A program made the translations under genes and the position numbers. Below, one piece after another: positions 26,914 to 40,742 of a DNA stretch of 64,000 bases. Location of the stretch: NCBI GenBank assembly GCA_013265495.1, contig MU058844.1, positions 5,310,344 to 5,374,343 of the forward strand, written 5' to 3'. The first letter of the stretch is position 1, and each line of letters opens with the position of its first letter. The notes under the pieces were generated by a model. The model was not told the DNA's origin, did not search any database, and saw only the letters and a list, made by a program, of their open reading frames with translations. The stretch is from Vicugna vicugna (lineage: Eukaryota).

Positions 26914-29900
26914 GATATGATGTGATTTACGCCTCGGCAGCAATTGGAGAGAGAGTTATAGTTATGGGTAAGATTCATAAATAATTATACACAGTTAGAT
27001 AATAAAGAGAATATAAATACACAACATGATGATAAAGATGAGGAAATCTATTCAAGAGTATTTAGGAGAAAAATGTGTGTGAATTTAGCAATCAATCAGT
27101 TGTAAGATTGAAGAAAGACTGCAACAGATTGAGCATCTTGATTCCCCAAGATGCTAGCTTGGGTGACTTGGTGTCTGTAACTGTAATAAAGACCATCAGA
27201 GGAGGAGAGGTATACAAAGAGCAAGGACTTCAGTCTTGAACATTTTGTCAAGAAAATGCTTTATGTCATGTGAAGATATGTTATAGGCTTGTTTTCACTA
27301 ATCGAAAGCAAGAGAACAGTTTAAATTTTCTAAAGAGTTAGAAGAGGGTTAGAGGACATATTTATATGCTGTGTAATTAAAGATAAAAAATATTCAAAGA
27401 GAAATAGACAGACTGGGAAGTGATAGAACCCTGCAATGTCCACGGCTATAGTGGGTGAATGAAAAATACGTTAAAAGAAAAAACATAGCAAATAAATCTA
27501 GGATATTTAGTAAGTTCAACTGACAAAAGTATCTGTTGTATTTGGTAGTTGTTGATTTTAACGTGTAGATATAATTATATGGTGAGTATAGAAGCCAGAT
27601 TTATTAAAATGAGGATTGAATGGAGTGTAAGGAAGTAAAAACAGTACGACAGTTTATGAGAAAACTAGAAGGGAAAGATTGTGTAATAGTGGTAATACGA
27701 TTATAGGGCAGCTTTTTATTTTTGTTTTATTTTATTTTTTATTATGGAGGCACTTAAAACGCTATTGCCTGTGGGGGGAAGCCAATAGATGAGAAGGGAC
27801 AAAATATATAGAAGAGAGGAGATGAAGATACAGTGGAGATGAGATGAATGATAGAGAAAGGGAAGCAGCAATTTCAATAGCTGTGATTTTTCTCAAGCCA
27901 CATTTTAGTTCCTTTGTACAAAAAGAGGGAAATCAGATGATCCTGATTCAGGATTGGGGTTTTTCACTAACTTTGTTAGTCAAAAAGAGAGCCTTTTTGC
28001 TTCCCAGAAGCAAAAGACCTCATCATTTCCTTTCCACATTCTTCATGGTTAGGCCATGAGTCCTCCTTCTTCAAACACTGTGAGGACACGTTTCCTATCT
28101 ATTTCTCACTCTACGATGAGTACCAGGTCTGGCACTTGTTAGGTGCTCAGGAAGCATTAATGAAGAAAGGGAAAAGAAAGGAGGAGAGAAGATAATGAAG
28201 GCCCAGGGTGCCAGGGCTACTAGCATGTACAGCAGTAATTTAGTGTGGCTGATGGCACACCAAGTGTGAGATTGCAGAGATGGAAAAAATGCAAATTACA
28301 AAAGATCTTAAAGGTCAGGTTAAGTACCGGGCACATTTTTCTATTTAAAAATGATTGTACTCATGACCAAAGATTTCAACTTGCAAACTGCACATTTACA
28401 TCCCCCACCTCCCCGCTACTATGCTCAGGGTCAGTCAGCAAAGACTATCTGAGCCAGCATGTAAATTTTTTTTAGAAGTTCACAGGAAAATCTGTTTTTC
28501 AATGCTCTTAAAAATCACAAGGCCTGGCATGATTCTCTTTATAATTTCCCACTTGTCAAGTTAAGATTCTGCTTTCAAACTTGATTTTGAGGAGTAGTAG
28601 AGGCTTCCTGTAAAGCTCTCCAGCATGCAGCAGGATTTCAAACCTAAGCCTCCCACACCTGTGCCGTTCTTTACAGCCAAAATGTTTAGAACAAGCAAGC
28701 TCCAAATTTTTCAAGCCAAATCAAAGAATTCCTTGCAAGGGCTTGTGAGACAGTAGAGGGATAGAAGCTGGCTTATATCAAGCAGTAACTTAAAGTAATC
28801 AGGGGTGACTCAGCTATATTCAGTATCTCTCCTCCTTCCTTTCTAACTCCCTCCACCCCTATTTCTCTATCTCACATCCTAAATTCTTAAATCAGTTGAC
28901 TCATTGCTCTATCAGGCTTGGGTTCACAAATTTAAAAAAAAATTAAATTGAATTTAAAAAATCTGACATCAGTTGTTGGGGGCTAGCACAGTGCTAAAGG
29001 GTAGGTGAAAGTATTCTGTTACAATATACCTGATACTGTGATATCACCAGGGCTATTTTTGTGAAGAAGGCACTGGAATGTCATTGTGTCGTGTACTGTG
29101 TCCAGAATTTCACAAATTTTAGTCTAGTAAAAGTTTAACTGTTCAATGGCACACAGGTTATTTCTTCATCTTTTCTTAGCTGTGGCACAGGACAAATTCC
29201 TAATTATCCTAATGATTAAGTGAGAACTGGAATAAACGAATTATAATGTGAAAATAATGTGGAGTTTCTATAATTCTATTATAATTCTCTAATTATAAAG
29301 GAAAACACAAACTTTAAAAAATTAAGCAGTTTTTATATTGTCAAAAAAGTAATATATTAAATGATGTCATTTTGTTTGCACAAAATTCTATTTTAACTCC
29401 AAATATCTAAATAGTAATTTATTGCTGTTGCATATTGTTCTCTGTATCATTTTTAATATGCCAACATAATGGCATAATTTCTGTATTTATTTACTTGTGT
29501 AAATGTATATACATTCTTTAATATATGTTTGAATTTAGGGTGGTGTTGTGTTAGGTTTATATTTTCATATAAACTCAAGCATTCATGCATCTTTTACTTC
29601 CCAAATTCTTGTCCTAGTGATTTAATCTTTTTCACATTTTACTTTTAGTGATATATGGAAGTTTTCCAACTGTTTGCAACAAATGCCCATATCCATGTTT
29701 TAACTTTCAGTTCAGCTTATCTGTAAAAAATAGACACTAACTAAACTGAAAATCATGGCAAGTGAATGGGGATTTAATTATTTACATTGTTCACAATTTA
29801 ATGAGTAGATTAATGGAATTAATAAAATTATGAGAGTTTTTATATGCCATATCAAAACAAAGTTATTACACATTTATGGAAAACATTGACAGGTACATAC

Positions 29901-32684
29901 ATTTGTACTCAGAAATGTTTGTTAACTGAAGTTAAATGAGTGTATTAACTTTAAATCATTATTTTATTCATAGTTTTAAAATCATCCACAGTTTCTTCTG
30001 GCACTATGCCTAATTTCACTAAAAATAGGCACATTCATTTTAGTGTCTTTTACTTTTTCTTAGAAAACAAATGTAAAACTAAAACTAAATAGAAAATATT
30101 TATGAAAACCCAACGATATTCAAAGTACTAATAGCAACAAAATTGTGTTTTGCATTTGAAAAAGACTGCAGAACTCAGACCAAGTTAGCATTCACTTATA
30201 ATTTGCACTGAGTTGGTATAGATTTAGCTTGCCTTAATTGCTCAATAAATCACTTCCTTTCTGAGTAATGATACACTTCTCTGAACAGCAGTAGCATCTG
30301 TAGATAGCACCGAGCAAAATTAAACTAAAAAATGGACCTCTGCATAATTATCTTTAAAACAAGTGTTAATCAAATCCAAATTCACTGGGCAATTAAATAT
30401 GTCAGATTTCAAAATTTGAAGACAAATATGGGGCTTTATTATTTTCTATCAGATAAATGATAGGATGCTGTTAAATCTGAATTGCAGAAATGGAATGTCT
30501 TTAGAATGTCATTACTAATTGGATTTCTCAGGAAGTTAAATTTTAGCCAGAAAAAAAAGCATTCTGAACACTTTTCTAAAATGCTCTAACTGATTGTACT
30601 TTGAGCCCACATATTTGCTCAAAAAGTATATTTTTAATTAAGGCTTTAGTATTCTGTCAATGACTTGAATTCTAGAGGTAGCTACATTAGGGGTAACATG
30701 TATATGTGGATACAGCAGGAGTATATATTTACTCTACCTAGTAAATTCTAATGTGTGTTGATTTGTCCTTCTGTGCATGTGTCTCATTCCTCTCTCAAAT
30801 TTTCGCTCAAAGATACATTTTATTATGTATTTAATGTTTTGAGCAATTAATGGTTATTGAAGATTTTAATGAATGTTCATGAACTTAGTCCATCAATTTT
30901 AAGTTATGTTTTACATAGTAGGTATGAATAGTACTGAGCTGTATGATAAACAGGGCTTTATTTTCTTTAGATTGACCTCATTTTAACTGTGCTCTTGATC
31001 CCACTAGCGTGGAAGACAATACTACCTTTGTTTTTAGGGGAACTTCACTAGGTCTGGAAACTTTATGTTATCTCTCTGTCAACTATGGACACAAGAATCT
31101 TTGTCAACACTTGTAAGTGCACATTGCTATGACTCAGTTTCTTTGCAAGAACCATGCACCAATTTCCATTTGGGTGTTTTGGCCCCTTTTCACTGTGCTG
31201 CTAGGCACCTCCAAAGCCTGAGTGTCCCTTCCTTCTGGGCTCACAGTCCATGCTCTTTTCCCCTGTCTAGAGATTGGGCTTCTTTATATCTATTAGGTAA
31301 ATTTTCGCCTTCTTGATGTTTCTTTCAAAGGTGTTTCTCTCTCTTTATAGTTTCCTCAGAGGCATTTTGTAAAACTTCCTTACTGTGTTTAGAGTTCTGA
31401 AAATAATAGTTGAGAAGAGGATGTTTCATCATAACTTTCCTTTCTTTCCAGTGGCAAACCTAGCCATAGGCAAGGAAGCATGGAGATATCTAACTGCTTG
31501 AATGGAGAAGAAAAAGTGAAAAGTCCAGGGAGAATAAAAAAGAATCTCTAAGATTATTATAAATAGGACAAAATACAAGCACACTGCCATTTAAAGGTGT
31601 GCAGGAAGTATTTTACTATCTGTAAAAAGTAATATTTTAAGCCTTGTACTCTGCCTTCAATCTTCTTATTCACCTGATGCGTAAAAGAGAAAAAAATAAC
31701 AAAAACAAATAAAAAATAACTTATCATTTAAAGTATTATTATTTAAGTTTAAAAAGTTCTCATTTTTGTAGTCTATGGTTCTAGTCATTTTCCTTATATA
31801 TAAAACCCAAAAATGCAGGGGTCTTTTGGTCCTAACCCCAACTGTAGACTTACTCTTTATCCCTCTCAATACCTAACTAGAGCACACAGGAACTTTTGGA
31901 TCCTTTATAGGCTGTGTTTAGACTAGAGAGAGTTAGAAGACCTTCCTCAGACTCACGTCCTTGGCAATTTTCTGATACCCTAGTAATGCTGTTACCTACA
32001 CAATGTGGTAATTTGTTATGCAATATCTTTTCTTTTCTAGAGCTGTACTTCTCAACACTAACCAAACATTAAAAAAAAAGAAAAACACTTAGAAACTGTT
32101 TAAAAAATATCGATGTCCAGAATTAGTTACTAATGAATGAGTGTGTAGTAGGGGCTTTGTATTGACAAAATCTTGAGCTTGCCATTACTTCTGTCCCTGT
32201 GGCATTGGTTTCTCTATACCACATGCAACTTCTTTCTTCTTGTGAATCAGTATTAATGGTGTCGGTAGTTATTGTCAGTGTTCATATGATCCCTTCAAAA
32301 TTATGGGATAAAATCAATGATTTATTCTACAAGTATTGGCTCTTGATATGCGAATGGAAACCAGTGGAACAAAAAACTACGTATCTTTTCTAACAAGGTC
32401 CATATTTCAAGATTACTACCTTAGTGTACACTTAAAAAAAGAAGCAAAACCAAACTAAGACTATTCATTGAAACTTAAATCTAGCCAATGATTTTTTTGT
32501 TCCTGGCAGCACTGACCTTCCCTCCTGTCCCTAGGTTGAGAGACTTAAAGTAGGCCATAGACTATCAGGGAACATAATTAATGGGAGAAATGAAAAGTCA
32601 TCAAGGTAATATTCTCCAAATCTCTGGTTACCTTAGCTATCTACAAATACTCAGTAACAGTCTTAACATAACATACATTCATAT

Positions 32685-32840
32685 AGTGCAGTAATTAGGA
32701 CTTCCAGAGCTGCCATCAGATTGATCTAGTTTAAATTTTAGCTCAACGATGCACTGGTTAATTACTTTGGAGTAGCTACTTAGTTTCTTTGTGCCTCAGT
32801 TTCTTATCTTCTGGGAAATAGTGCCTCATATTTCCTGTTA
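32685..32840 (+). mobile_element. MIR SINE
   Basis: MIR core 'tacttagtttctttgtgcctcagtttcttatct'. Confidence 0.7.
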
Positions 32841-32915
32841 TGACTAATTTTATCACACGAGGTTAGCAAGGGAAATATCCTTATCACCCGCTGCTTAGAG
32901 AATGAATGTACAGTA

Positions 32916-33143
32916 CAGTTGACCCTTGAACAACACAGGCTTGAACTGTGCAGGTCCACTTATAAGTGGAGTTTTTTCAGTGGTAAATACTGAAGTGCTA
33001 CATGATCCAGGTTGGTTGAATCCAATGGATGAGGACCTGAGGATATGGAGGAACAATATATATGGAAAACCACGAATTATATGGGATTTTCAACTATACA
33101 GAGGATCAGCACCCTTAACTCCACATTGTTCAACAGTCAACTG
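32916..33143 (+). mobile_element. Tigger2-derived MITE (Tigger2a_Art-like)
   Basis: TA|CAGTTGACCCTTGAACAA ... TTGTTCAACAGTCAACTG|TA, with TIRs and a TA target duplication. Confidence 0.9.
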
Positions 33144-33198
33144 TAAATGGTTACATTGTATATAAATGGTTATATTGTAAACTTAAGAGCCTAACAAC

Positions 33199-34487
33199 TT
33201 CTTTTGTTAAACTGAAGTATAGTTGATTTACAGTAGTGTTAGTTTCAGTATACAGCAAAGTGATTCAGATATAGATATATAGATATATATGTACTTTTAG
33301 ATTATTTTCCATAGTAGTTTATTACAAAACATTAAATATTTTTCCCTGTGTTACACAGTAAATCCTTGTTGCTTCTCTATTTTATATATGGTAGTATATA
33401 TTTGTTAATCCCATCCTCATAATTTATCTCTCCGCCTCTCCCTTTCCCATTTGGTAACCATAAGTTTGTTTTCTATGACTGTGAGTCTGTTTCTGTTTTA
33501 TAAATTGATTCTTTCATATTTTTTTTTAGATTCCACATATAAGTAATACTGTATAATATTTGTCTTTCTCTGTCAGATATATTTCACTTAGTATTGATAG
33601 TCTCTAGGTCCATCCATGCAAATGGCAATATTTCATTCTTTTTGTGGCTGAGTAATATTCCATGGTACATACATACACTATATGTTTTTTATCCATTCTT
33701 CTGTTGATGGACAATTAGGGTCCTTCCATGTCTTGGCTATTGTAAATGGTGCTGCTATTAACATTGGGGTGCATGTATCTTTTCAAATTAGAGTTTTCAT
33801 CTTTTCCAGATATATGGCAGGAGTAGGATTGCTGGATCATATGGTAGCTCTAAAAATAAACTCAAAATGGTTTAAAGACCTAAATATAAGACATGACACT
33901 ATAAAACTCCAAAGAGAACATAGACAAAACATTCTTTGACATAAATTTTAGCAATATTTTCTTAGATCAGTCTCCTAAGGCAAAATAAATAAAAGCAAAA
34001 ATAAACAAAGGTGACCTAATCAAACTTCAGAAACTTTTGCACAGCAAAGGAAACCATCAACAAAATGAAGGAATAGCCTGTGGAGTAGGAGAAAATATTT
34101 GCAAACAATGTGACCAACAAGGGCTTAATTTCCAAAATATACAAACAGCTCCATACAACTCAGTATCAAAAAATAACCCAACCAAAAAAATAAGCAGAAG
34201 ACATTTCTCCAAAGAAGATGTCCAGATTGCCAACAGGTACATGAAAAGATGCTCACCATCACTAATTATCAGAGAAATGCAAAGCAAAAAACCACAATGG
34301 AGTAGCACCTCACATTGGCCAGAATGGCTGTTATCAAAGAGTCTACAAATAATAAATGCTAGAGAACATGTGGAGAAAAGGGAACCCTCCTACGCTGTTG
34401 GTAGCAATGTAAATTGGTATAGTCACTATGGAAAATAGTATGGAGAGTCCTTAAAAAACTAAAAATAGAGCTACCGTAAGATCAAGC
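33199..34487 (-). mobile_element. 5'-truncated, 5'-inverted L1 (3' arm on - at 33199-33852; inverted ORF2 arm on + at 33852-34487)
   Basis: Antisense L1 3' UTR followed by sense ORF2 C-terminal relics (track ORF 34037-34438: 'RHFSKEDVQIANRYMKRCSPSLIIREMQ', '[21 protein letters not shown]'). Confidence 0.88.
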
Positions 34488-34499
34488 CCCTTCTGATCA

Positions 34500-34690
34500 A
34501 ACCTTCTGTCTTCCACTTGACATCTGTCTACATATTGTCAAGTAAATTAACCTCTCTGTGCCTCACTTTTCTCTTCAATATAATGTGGAATAGTAATAGT
34601 GCATTATGTATTATGGTTATTGTGAAGATCTATAAACTATTCCAAGTTCTGAGAATTATGAAAGTAAGTACTATAAGTTTACTACTATTA
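34500..34690 (+). mobile_element. MIR SINE
   Basis: MIR core 'aaattaacctctctgtgcctcacttttctc...ggttattgtgaagat'. Confidence 0.7.
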
Positions 34691-34849
34691 TTGTTGATTA
34701 TGATCTTTATTATTACTTTACACACAATATTTTTGGTTACAACTAGTGTGCAAGTCAGTCAACATGTCATCTTGATTGTATCAGGAATGAATACCATTCG
34801 ATTTAGACAATGAGAATCAAACCAAGACAAGAAGATGTTGAAGGATAAG

Positions 34850-35133
34850 GAATGTCTCTTTCCTTTGGACTTCAAGTTAGTAGAGTGTTTAGGTGGGCTT
34901 ATGTAGCCAGCTTGTTGTCATGAAGCGTTAGGTAACGACAACTCCTAAAAGGGGAGTTTCAAAGTAAGAAACCGAAACTATGAATTTTTTATAGCTTTTA
35001 AGCCCATTAGTCTACACTTTAAGGCAAATTTCTTCCAGAGAATTCTATTTATGTGAGTCAATAAATATTCTATTTGCTTAAGCAGATGTGGGTTGGTTTC
35101 TGTTCTTGTGTGATCAAAGAGTCCTAAGAATTA
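34850..35133 (+). mobile_element. Old ERVL LTR 3' part (LTR16/LTR33-like)
   Basis: 'gagtcaataaatattc...ttgcttaagcagatgtgggttggtttctgttcttg...aaagagtcctaa'. Confidence 0.55.
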
Positions 35134-35814
35134 AAGAACCTGTCCTATAGCAGTCTTGCGAAGCTTATATGAGATAGTCCACGTAGTGTTCAGGATAGAC
35201 TCTGCCACATGGTTCTAAATATTTCTCGGATATTAATAGTAGCAAAGGTTCTTATAGTTTAATGTTAGCATAAGTTTTGATGAATATCTAACGTATAAAT
35301 CAGGTGACATTTTATTTTATGAAAGTAAATTTCTTGCCTTACATTGCTTTTTTCCTGAGTCTGTCCTGCTTTTAGTTTACTCTTAAATTTTTTTTTATTC
35401 TTTTACATGAAATTACTTGAACATGAGTACATTTTTTGTCAGCTACACATTTTCAAGTAATTGAAAATATCTTCTTCAAACTCTCCAAGAATAATCTAAT
35501 ACTGACTTTTTCAATATAAATCGTTGATTTTGTGGACTGGCTACAAAGGCATGAGAAAAGTATTCCCTTCAAGAACCCTTTCTAAGTTACAATTACTTTG
35601 TACATGGATTTATGATTTCCTTCAAAAAGGTAGATGTTTTCTACATAATGATGTCTTCAAATAAAATCAGTACTACAATAACTCTTTCACTGGACAGATC
35701 TTTTGATTTTTTTTTCATTCTTTGAAAACTATGTATGTGAAACAAAATGTTTTATTCAGACACTTACCATCTATGTAAAAATGTCATATAATGTAATTCT
35801 GTTGATTTCTGTAA

Positions 35815-36080
35815 GACGGTACTTTGCTTTTAAGCAACAAGAAGTCATCTCTAGCCTAGTTAAGAGAAATAAAAAAGTTATTGAAAGGATTCATGATAAT
35901 TCATAGACCAAAAGGAAAAGCAAAACCATCTCTTGCAAAGGACAGAACACAGGGAGGTTTGTAGGAATAAGAGGAAAATCTGTCCATGACACTGCAACTG
36001 GTGTGTTCCAGCTCCTCCCATTTTCTGTCCTTGTGTCAATGATTGACATTCAGATTCCTGTGATAGAGGGTCACAATGAC
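35815..36080 (-). mobile_element. Old MaLR LTR fragment (MLT1K/L-like)
   Basis: 'aagcaacaagaagtcatctctagcctagttaagagaaa...ttattgaaagga' matches the antisense 3' end of old MLT1. Confidence 0.45.
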
Positions 36081-37298
36081 CCTTAATAAAAAGGGATAGA
36101 GTCCCCTGTTCTAATCACAGCCTGAATTTCTGGTGCTATTTACTCATTGACTAATTCAACAAAGTATTCATTTGTAAATTCTTTCACTTATTTCTTAACT
36201 ATTTTCTTTTATTAAGCTTACACTCCAACATAGCAGAACTTCTTTCTCTCCCCTACTATAAACCAGGTTTTCCTATATCTTCAACTGTATTTTGTTGTCT
36301 CCTCTATCTGAAATAGCTTTCAAACCAACATGTTCAAATTGTGCCCATGTAATTTAAGGTCTTTCTTGAAATTATAATGTATTCATTTTCTAAGTCAAAG
36401 TTTAAGCATCAAAGCAAACTAACATTTAGGGATACAAGAATGACTAACCCCCAGTCTCTTTCCCCAGTTTAAGAGAGACAAGAAGTTAAGGAGAGAATTG
36501 CAATATGTCATCTTAAGCGCCCTGATAGAGATGTGTTATTATCAATACACAAACATTGAAGAGTGATATCTGTAGGATATTAGGGGATAAAGGAGATTTC
36601 CAGGAAGAAACAATGTCTAAATTAATTTTTGATGAACTCCTAGAAATGTGTCAGACTGTTGGAAGTAAAGGTATTGAAAACTAAGATAGGAATATGTGAC
36701 AAGATGTGGAGAGGGAGAGGGAGAGAGATACCTTTTGACAAGCACATAGTTTGGTAATCTAGAGTTTAGAAGTCAGAAATTTAATTCTAAGGTGAGTTTA
36801 TTGCTTATGAAGAAAAGGAAAAAGACTTTAATTCAGTTAAATGCAAAAAGTATTTATTTAGAACTTCTCTGTGCAAGTATTATAGATTATATTTTAAAAT
36901 CATCAGTGAAATTTTCTTGTTAAAATATTTACTAACGAGGAAGACACAATAACGTACAAGCTCAGTACTATGTGAACAGGGCTAAGGGAAGTATTCCAAA
37001 GGACTACTGCTTAGAAATTCAGAGATGGAGAGAGCAGTGGAGCTCAAAGAAGAAGAGATGTCTTCAAGGGGAATCAGACGAACATGTGTTTCCAGCCTTT
37101 ATGGTTTGGATTTGAGACATATTTTTTTTTAGGGATAATAAGTAGTATTTCAGAAAAAAAAAGTTTATGCAGAGGATTCGAGGTAAAAGAAAACCTAGTG
37201 CATTTTATGAAAAAGGAAACCTCTAACCAATTGAAACAATTATTCTAATCACACTAACATATTTAGTTCCCTGGCGCCTTCACCTTGTTCTTTTTCCT

Positions 37299-37536
37299 GG
37301 AAAGAAAGAGAGAAAGAGAGAAAGAAAAAGAAAGAAGAAAGAAAAAGAAAGAAAGGAAGGAAGGAAGGAAGGAAGGAAGGAAGGAAGGAAGGAAGGAAGG
37401 AAGGAAGGAAGGAAGAGAAAGAAAGAAAGAAAGAAAGAAAGAGAAAGAAAGAAAGAAGAAAGGAAGGAAGGAAGAAAGGAAGGAAGGAAGGAAAGGAAAG
37501 GAAAGGAAAGGAAAGGAAAGGAAAGGAAAGGAAAAG
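37299..37536. repeat. Compound polypurine microsatellite (GAAA)n/(GGAA)n/(GAAAG)n
   Basis: About 238 bp of uninterrupted purines on the + strand. Confidence 0.97.
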
Positions 37537-38466
37537 CTTTATATCAAAGCCCAATTTTTAAGTATTTATTTTGTTAGAAGCCATTCATGACCATACTGTG
37601 CATCCCCTATAAAATCAATCTCATCTTCATCTGTGTTTTCACGGCACTTTATACATTACTTTTCATATTATTTACCACATTGAATTTAGTCATCTATTTG
37701 TCTGCTAGCCTTCATTTCTGCTTTTCTGAAATTTTAGAATACAAGGATACTGTTCTATTCATCTTTGTTGCCCATAACATGTAACATTTGACTGCAAGCA
37801 TCAGGTGTGAATGTTGAGTGCTTATAGATCTTAAAGGACCATAAGGGGGAATTATGATGCTAAAGACAGAGCAAGCAGAAAAGCAAAGTTGTATCAAATG
37901 TTGGAAATCTTTGGCTAAATGATCTGAAAAGGCTGAAAAAAATAGAAATTTAAGTTACATACTGGTTTTTAAGTGTTAATACTCCTTGGTAATTTTGTAA
38001 TGTACTTTCAGTCACCAGAGAAAAGAAGGGGAATTTGGAGTGCTTCAAATATTTCAAGCCTTTTTCAGTGCTATATTATCCCATGATAATATGAAATTAG
38101 ATCATAATTTTTTTGTATTAGTTGAAAATTTTAGTATCAAAATACTGAAATAATAACACCTTTAGTTAATATTGTAATAATAAAGTTATGTTTTATGTCA
38201 CCTCTGTTGCTTTTAATTGAATAGAAAATATTTTCACTAAAAACATAAAAAATAAATTATCTTGATGGATTTTACATTTGATACTTCATATTACAAAAAA
38301 CTATATTTGTGTGACTTATCTAACCTATGTAAAATTTTCATAACATTTATATTTTCTTCTTGGAATTTGATCTTTCCTCAGAATTGGAAATTAATTCTTA
38401 AAAGTATTTGTCTAATTTTCATGTGTGAACTTATTACTGAACATACGGTGTACATACTTTAAGTGT

Positions 38467-38833
38467 TATCTTAAGCACCTTGGGCTGCTATAGCAAATGT
38501 ACCGTAGACTGAGTGGCTTAAACAACAGGCACTTATTTCTCATATTCTAGAGTCTAGGAAGTCCAGGATCAAGGCACTAGTAGATTCAGTAGTGGTAGGG
38601 CCCTCTCCCTGTTTTGCAGGAGACCATCTTATTGTATGCTTACTCGGCTGAGGGAGAGAGAGGAAACAAGCGTTTTTCTGTTTCTTTTTATATGGACACC
38701 AATCCCATCATGAGGGCTCTGAACTTAAAGACCTAATTACTTCCCATAGGCTCCATCTCCAAACACGAACAAAGCAAGCATTAGGGTTTCAAGGTGTGAC
38801 TTTTGGGGAGACGCAAACATTCAGTTCATGGCA
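38467..38833 (-). mobile_element. MaLR solo LTR (MLT1A-like)
   Basis: 'gggctgctatagcaaa...gtggcttaaacaac...gtccaggatcaaggc...aatcccatcatgaggg...aaacattcagttcatggca'. Confidence 0.88.
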
Positions 38834-40742
38834 AATTAGTATTTTCCATAGATTTTACTTTTTAAAATATTAACAACATTTCTCATTCAGTTTAGTACTT
38901 ATTTAGTGATAGAGAAAATGCACAAAAATAAAGAATAGCTATTTGAGTTTCAGAACAAGGGAATATTGCTGTTTATTATCTTGGAATCAATATACTGCAT
39001 TTATTTTCCAGCAAATAGAGACAGACATTTATGATAGCTTAGTTTTCTCATATTTAATGACAAACAGTGCATGAAGTGGCTGTATAATTTAGCCACTATG
39101 TTTATATAGTTATTCCTGGCAGTAATGCTGCCTTACATGTAAAGAAGGGAATAAAGAATTATTTGAGCAGTTAACAAACAACTGTTATTCCAAATCTATA
39201 CCTTGCATTGAATAGAAAGCCCAGCTCTGGGTAACTGTTTTCCCATACCCATCCTAGCCTCCGTAACATCATTTCCCTTTCTCTACAATGCTACACGAAT
39301 TATTTTTTTTCAAATACAATTTTTGCACTTCCTCTTCTCTAACCCCCACACTCTAAGTGTGTGGGCACAGACACTGGTCTCCAAAGTCTTTCCTTTTTTC
39401 TAAGGTTAAATTAACAAGGCCCTGTATGATAGACTCAGTCTCTACTTTCTGCCCTGTCCTTCTCTCTATTGAAGCAGAGAGGGTCACTCTCTGCTCTAGC
39501 TAGGCTAGCCTCCGTTGAATCTCTTTTACTCACTGTTACACTCATTCACTCATTTACTGAAAGTGTTTGCCCATGCTTCTGCCTCTGTTGTCATAAATGT
39601 TGTCAAGACTGTAATTTCACTACCATTTAGAATTATGTGATCATGTTTTCCCTTCCTTGTTAGACTGTGAACTTCATGAAATTGTATATGGCACAATTTT
39701 ATATTCTCTGTGCTGAGCCCAATTGTCAATACACAGACAACACTTAAAATATATTTTCAAGAATAGTGAAGCAAGAAACAAATCCTTTGGATTCCATGTG
39801 CTCTGCACTCTGGTTATGATAAGATTCTTACCACCTCCTATCCAAACTTCTCTAGAGCTTGTGGTCTTTAACTAGTTGAAAGAGCTGTTACAGCATAAGA
39901 CCCTTACTGTGTCCTACTAGGAGGACTATAGCATCATTTAATTGCAGGGCTTCAACATGTGAATTTTAGGGGGATATAATTAACTTCATAACCTAAATCT
40001 TGCATTATTTTGAATAGTAAAGCACATTTATATCACTAAAAACAACATTTGCAAGACATGGAATTTTTAAGAATCCACTTCCAAACAAATTCTAATTTCA
40101 AAGTCATAATCTGTCATTGGAATTTATTAAAAAATTGTCTTTAATTTTAGTAACATAAATTAAAACAAATCTGTTTTAATTCTTGCAAAAAGTTTTGATG
40201 AGTGCTAGAATAGCAATCAAATGATGCTGTATGAAATAATTTTTATGAAAACATCCATATATTTGTGTGACTAAATGATGAAATTATCAAGCTTTAAAAA
40301 ATAATTTAAAAATATTTCGTGCCTAACTCTAGATTTATTATCTCATAGAAAGAGAGAAATCTGTGATGGAAAATACTGAACATTGGGGAAATTACTGTCT
40401 AAAATTGTATCATAAGAATGGGATTTCCATGAGGACAGGATTCTTGTCTTTTTTTGCTTTTTTTTTTTCACTGTATCTTCCGTGCCTAGAACAGTGCCTT
40501 ACTCAAAATAAGCACTTTGAAAATATTTGTCAGATGGATAAATAGCACATCATTTAGTCAAACTAACTTAATTTCCTGTAAACACTTTGTAATTCTTCTG
40601 AATCCTTACCATAATATCATTAGGTAGTTTAAAAAAGAAAGGGTTTTGAAACCCATGCCCACGCAGTCTCTTGGGCAGACATTCTCATGCTGTCATATTA
40701 CTTTGTTGTCGTTGTTCTAAGAGTACTGTGTTATCTCAATAC

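Larger units (their letters stand above)
26030..27870 (-). mobile_element. Degenerate L2 LINE tract hosting the MLT1A LTR
   Basis: Purine-rich L2-like antisense phrases, e.g. 'gattccccaagatgctagcttgggtgact' and 'aatgaggattgaatggagtgtaaggaagt'. Confidence 0.45.

Noticed and set aside
34037..34438. 133-aa ORF as a host gene
   Set aside because: Frameshifted mosaic of L1 ORF2 C-terminal sequence.
37249..37590. Lys/Glu/Arg-rich and Phe/Leu/Ser-rich 101-aa ORFs
   Set aside because: Translations of the polypurine microsatellite.
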